From Pelomyxa schiedti (Eukaryota > Protista > Evosea): a stretch of DNA of 64,000 nucleotides. Location of the stretch: assembly GCA_020536535.1 (NCBI GenBank), contig JAHLWZ010000818.1:49666-113665 (forward strand), in the 5' to 3' direction. Below, piece by piece: positions 61,088 through 64,000 of this stretch; within the stretch, counting starts at the first letter, position 1, and every line of letters begins with the position of its first letter. The position numbers were made by a program, and so were the translations under genes. The notes under the pieces are model-generated. The model was not told the DNA's origin. It saw only the letters and a list, made by a program, of their open reading frames with translations, and searched no databases.

Positions 61088-61841
61088 TCAGTTCAATGAA
61101 CAATCATCGGGATCTCACAGACCCAGTTGATCATCCAAGCGTCATTGCCCCTCGAGTACGGCACACCCGATGTGTAATAATGCTGCAGGCCTGAGAGTTG
61201 AGAGTGAGGGTGATCTCGGGAATCGAGAAAGGGAAAAGTTCAGGTGAAGTACTAATGGGGGTACCGAGAATAAGGTTCACTGCAGAAGTTACACCCCCCG
61301 CTCTAAACTTACATTTTCAACAAATCAAGAGTGCCTGTGTGATGTAACGAGAGTGAAAAACAGAAAAAATATCCTGTCACAAGCACTTTTCCGTAAAAAC
61401 AAACAACCGCTTCTTAGCCTAAAGCCTGCACAAAAAGAAAAACTAAACAAAAAAAAAAAATCTCATGCTTGGGCTGGCGATGCTCACTACGAACTCACGA
61501 GGTTTTTTTTTCCCCTCGCCGCGAAACGACGTCTTCCGTACAACGTTTCGTCGTTTCTTGCTAATTTTTCTTTTCTCCTCCCTTTGCTCGTGTACTTTTT
61601 TTTTTCCCCTGTAACAGAACAGAAACCATGGTACAGACACGTTAAAGGAATACCAGGACTGTTGGCTACGCTCGTTAACAAAACGACGTCACCGGTTGCT
61701 CCGCGAGCGACGACCGGTAGCAGCGCCAGCCACTGTCCTTGCGTCCCACAATCTCTGATTGACGAGCAGCCCTCGCAATCAGCACCGCTGCCTCACATCA
61801 GCGAAATCACGTTTCAAAATAACCACCCACACAATCACAAC

Positions 61842-63084
61842 ATGCCGCAAAACGACGTAATCGAATCACTTCACACTCAGCCTGTGGTACAGCAACCTCA
61901 GGCTCACATCAGCCCAATCGCATCTCACGACGTCACGATAATCACCTCTCCTGCTCACAGCGACGGTGAACAGGCTACGTTTCAACAGCCCCGGGAAGAG
62001 TTCGATCTCCTTTCCGACTGTGTATCACTACCACAAACGCAAAATCTGTACCTACACGACACACAAAAAATCGATCTTCTGACCCCCGGAAAAATCGACT
62101 GGTTTGCACGATAGTCCTTTGATTTCCTTCTTATCTAATCGCTGTGGTAGCTTATTGCCTCCAAAATACTCGCCTCTGAAAAAAACCCTGGTGCTTGACC
62201 TCGACGAAACCTTAATGCACAGCTCTGTGGAAGTTCGTTCATCTTCGTTATGGCGAAGTTCTTATTTATTTACAGCCATTACCACACACGGATTTCCGTT
62301 TCGAGGTTACTGTAGAAGGCGTTACAGCTACGATTTATATCGTAAAACGGCCCGGAGTTGAGGAATTTTTATCTGCACTGAAAGACAAGTTTGAGATAGT
62401 GGTTTTCACAGCAAGCATTCCCGAGGTTCTTACTCCTTACAACTTTCGACACGAGTTTTTGATGTTATCTGTATAGTATGCGGATAAAGTCATTGACTAT
62501 TTGGACACTAATCGGTCTGTTTCTTCGCGTCTTTATCGCTCTTCGTGTACCCAGCTTTTCGGAAGCTATGTTAAGGTTGGAGAGCGTGTAGGGTGATGAT
62601 TTTACCTCACCACAAATATTAGGACTTGGATAAACTGGGGCGAGACCTGAGCAATACAATAATCATTGACAACACACCAGCCTCCTATGCCCTTCATCCC
62701 CAAAACGCCATACCAATCAGTTCATTCATCACCAATCCCAATGACACCGAGTTGATGTCACTGGCCCCCTTGTTGTGCGAGCTTTCCGTCTACGACGGAG
62801 ACGTTAGAAAGTTTATAAGCGACCGCATAACAAACCCCACTTGTAACCTGATCAGCTTCACGCCAAACAACAACACCACCACAACACCACTCGCGCAATC
62901 ATGCATCGCCGCGACCAATAACAACAACAACAACAACAACACACAAATCCCCAACACACATACAACCACCACAACAAGCACAGCGACAACCACCTCAGTC
63001 ACACCCTGGTTCTTCAACCCACTGCAACAAACCGCTCTTATCCCCCTCGACGAAAGCGACGACGATGACGACGACACCAGATAG
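61842..63084 (+). CDS. CTD small phosphatase / NIF (FCP1-like HAD) protein
   Basis: KTLVLDLDETLMHSS, KRPGVEEFL, EIVVFTAS, KDLDKLGRDLSNTIIIDNTPASYALHPQNAIPI. The true start may lie upstream (acceptor-like site at ~61617). Confidence 0.9.
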
Positions 63085-63246
63085 TGCCTCCACCCCCCTT
63101 TTTGTTTATACACTAGACAACAACAATCCAAATCCTATTTTCTATCCTACTTTTCTCCACACGTTTTTGTTCTTCTTTTTCCTTTTTTTTCCCGGCTACG
63201 TTCATTCACCTAAGTCGAAGTTCACCAAACTCTCACGAAACCAACC

Positions 63247-64000
63247 ATGAGCGGCGGTGCGCATCACTACGGAGGAGGAGGCGGCAGCGGCAGCGGCAGC
63301 AGCCCAGGGGGCGGGTGCGGGTTCAAGAGGGCCGTGTATCCCCCGGCGTCGGCGTCGTACCACCCCACGCCCTCCTCGCCTACGAGCGGCCCGGCCGCAA
63401 GCACCACCACCACCACCACGGCGAGTACGGGGGGAGGGCTCCTGGGGGACCTGCAGCCCCCGACGAGCGCGGCGCCGGTGCCCCCGCCCCACCACCCGCA
63501 CCCTAGCGGGGGGTCGACGCACACAGCGGCGCTGGTAGGAGGGGGAGGAGGGGGAGGCGGGGGCGCGACTACGGGGGGGCAGCAAATACCCGGGCGGCCG
63601 CCATCGCCGGCGGTTGTTGGGGGCGGGGCCAGCGGGACTGGTACTGGTACTGGGACGGGGACGGGGACGCAGGGACACAGGCCGCTGCCGCCCACGACGG
63701 CTTTACCTCCTTTGCCTCTCATTGGTAGGTACTTTGTTTGCTTCTGGCCTGTGTGGGCTGGTATTATTGAGTGTTACTGGCATTGGCACTGCCACTGTGA
63801 CAGTGATGTGATATGGCTGTATTGTGAGACTTGTTGCCTTTGTTATCATCTGTGTCATTGACAGTTTCATTAAGCGGCTTCTTCTCCGTGGATTACCGCA
63901 CACGTTTTTTTACAGGAGTTTATACTAGTTGCTGAAAAGTACTTTTTTTTTTTTTTTTTTTTCAAAACCTCTCGGCAAGGGTTTTGGTTTTTTTTTTTTT
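63247..64000 (+). CDS. First exon(s) of a Gly/Pro/Thr-rich protein (3' partial)
   Basis: ATG after an A/C-rich leader, GC-rich low-complexity ORF, GT donor at ~63725, followed by intron-like poly-T sequence. Confidence 0.55.

Noticed and set aside
61628-61645. Short uORF MVQTR* upstream of the CTD phosphatase
   Set aside because: The 5' structure of the gene is unresolved, so this may simply be an out-of-frame ATG in an exon.
62860-63000. (AAC)n/(ACA)n tracts as a repeat array or CRISPR
   Set aside because: Simple coding microsatellites (poly-Asn/Thr) with no repeat-spacer structure.

Overview
Gene-dense, intron-rich eukaryotic DNA, most likely from an amoebozoan protist. That assignment is an inference from short GT-AG introns, a Dictyostelium-like Rab14, a TmcB/C-type PAS-adenylyl cyclase, a receptor TKL kinase and divergent Rho paralogs. 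I reconstructed about 26 spliced protein genes by hand; the ORF track shows only exon fragments and antisense shadows. Housekeeping genes: EDEM/GH47, RPL32, an L-type lectin, an MPPED-like phosphoesterase, Rab14, a TDP2-like enzyme, a cathepsin-L-like protease, ABCA, an elongase and a CTD small phosphatase. I could not support any rRNA, tRNA, CRISPR array or transposon. Most notable observations: (1) a receptor kinase whose DFG motif depends on a 6-nt microexon, so skipping it would delete D and F in frame; (2) a CDC123/R2K-type ATP-grasp ligase and a ubiquitin-fold protein that both end in CaaX boxes; (3) a PTEN-C2-DUF547 fusion with altered catalytic loops; (4) a DUF3223(DeCL)-HAD phosphatase fusion; (5) a Crinkler-type REase+kinase gene; (6) a ~21 kb minus-strand neighbourhood holding a RhoGEF, an F-BAR-RhoGAP, two atypical Rho GTPases and a divergent actin with an F-box-like insert. 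All exon boundaries are manual predictions and no database search was run.
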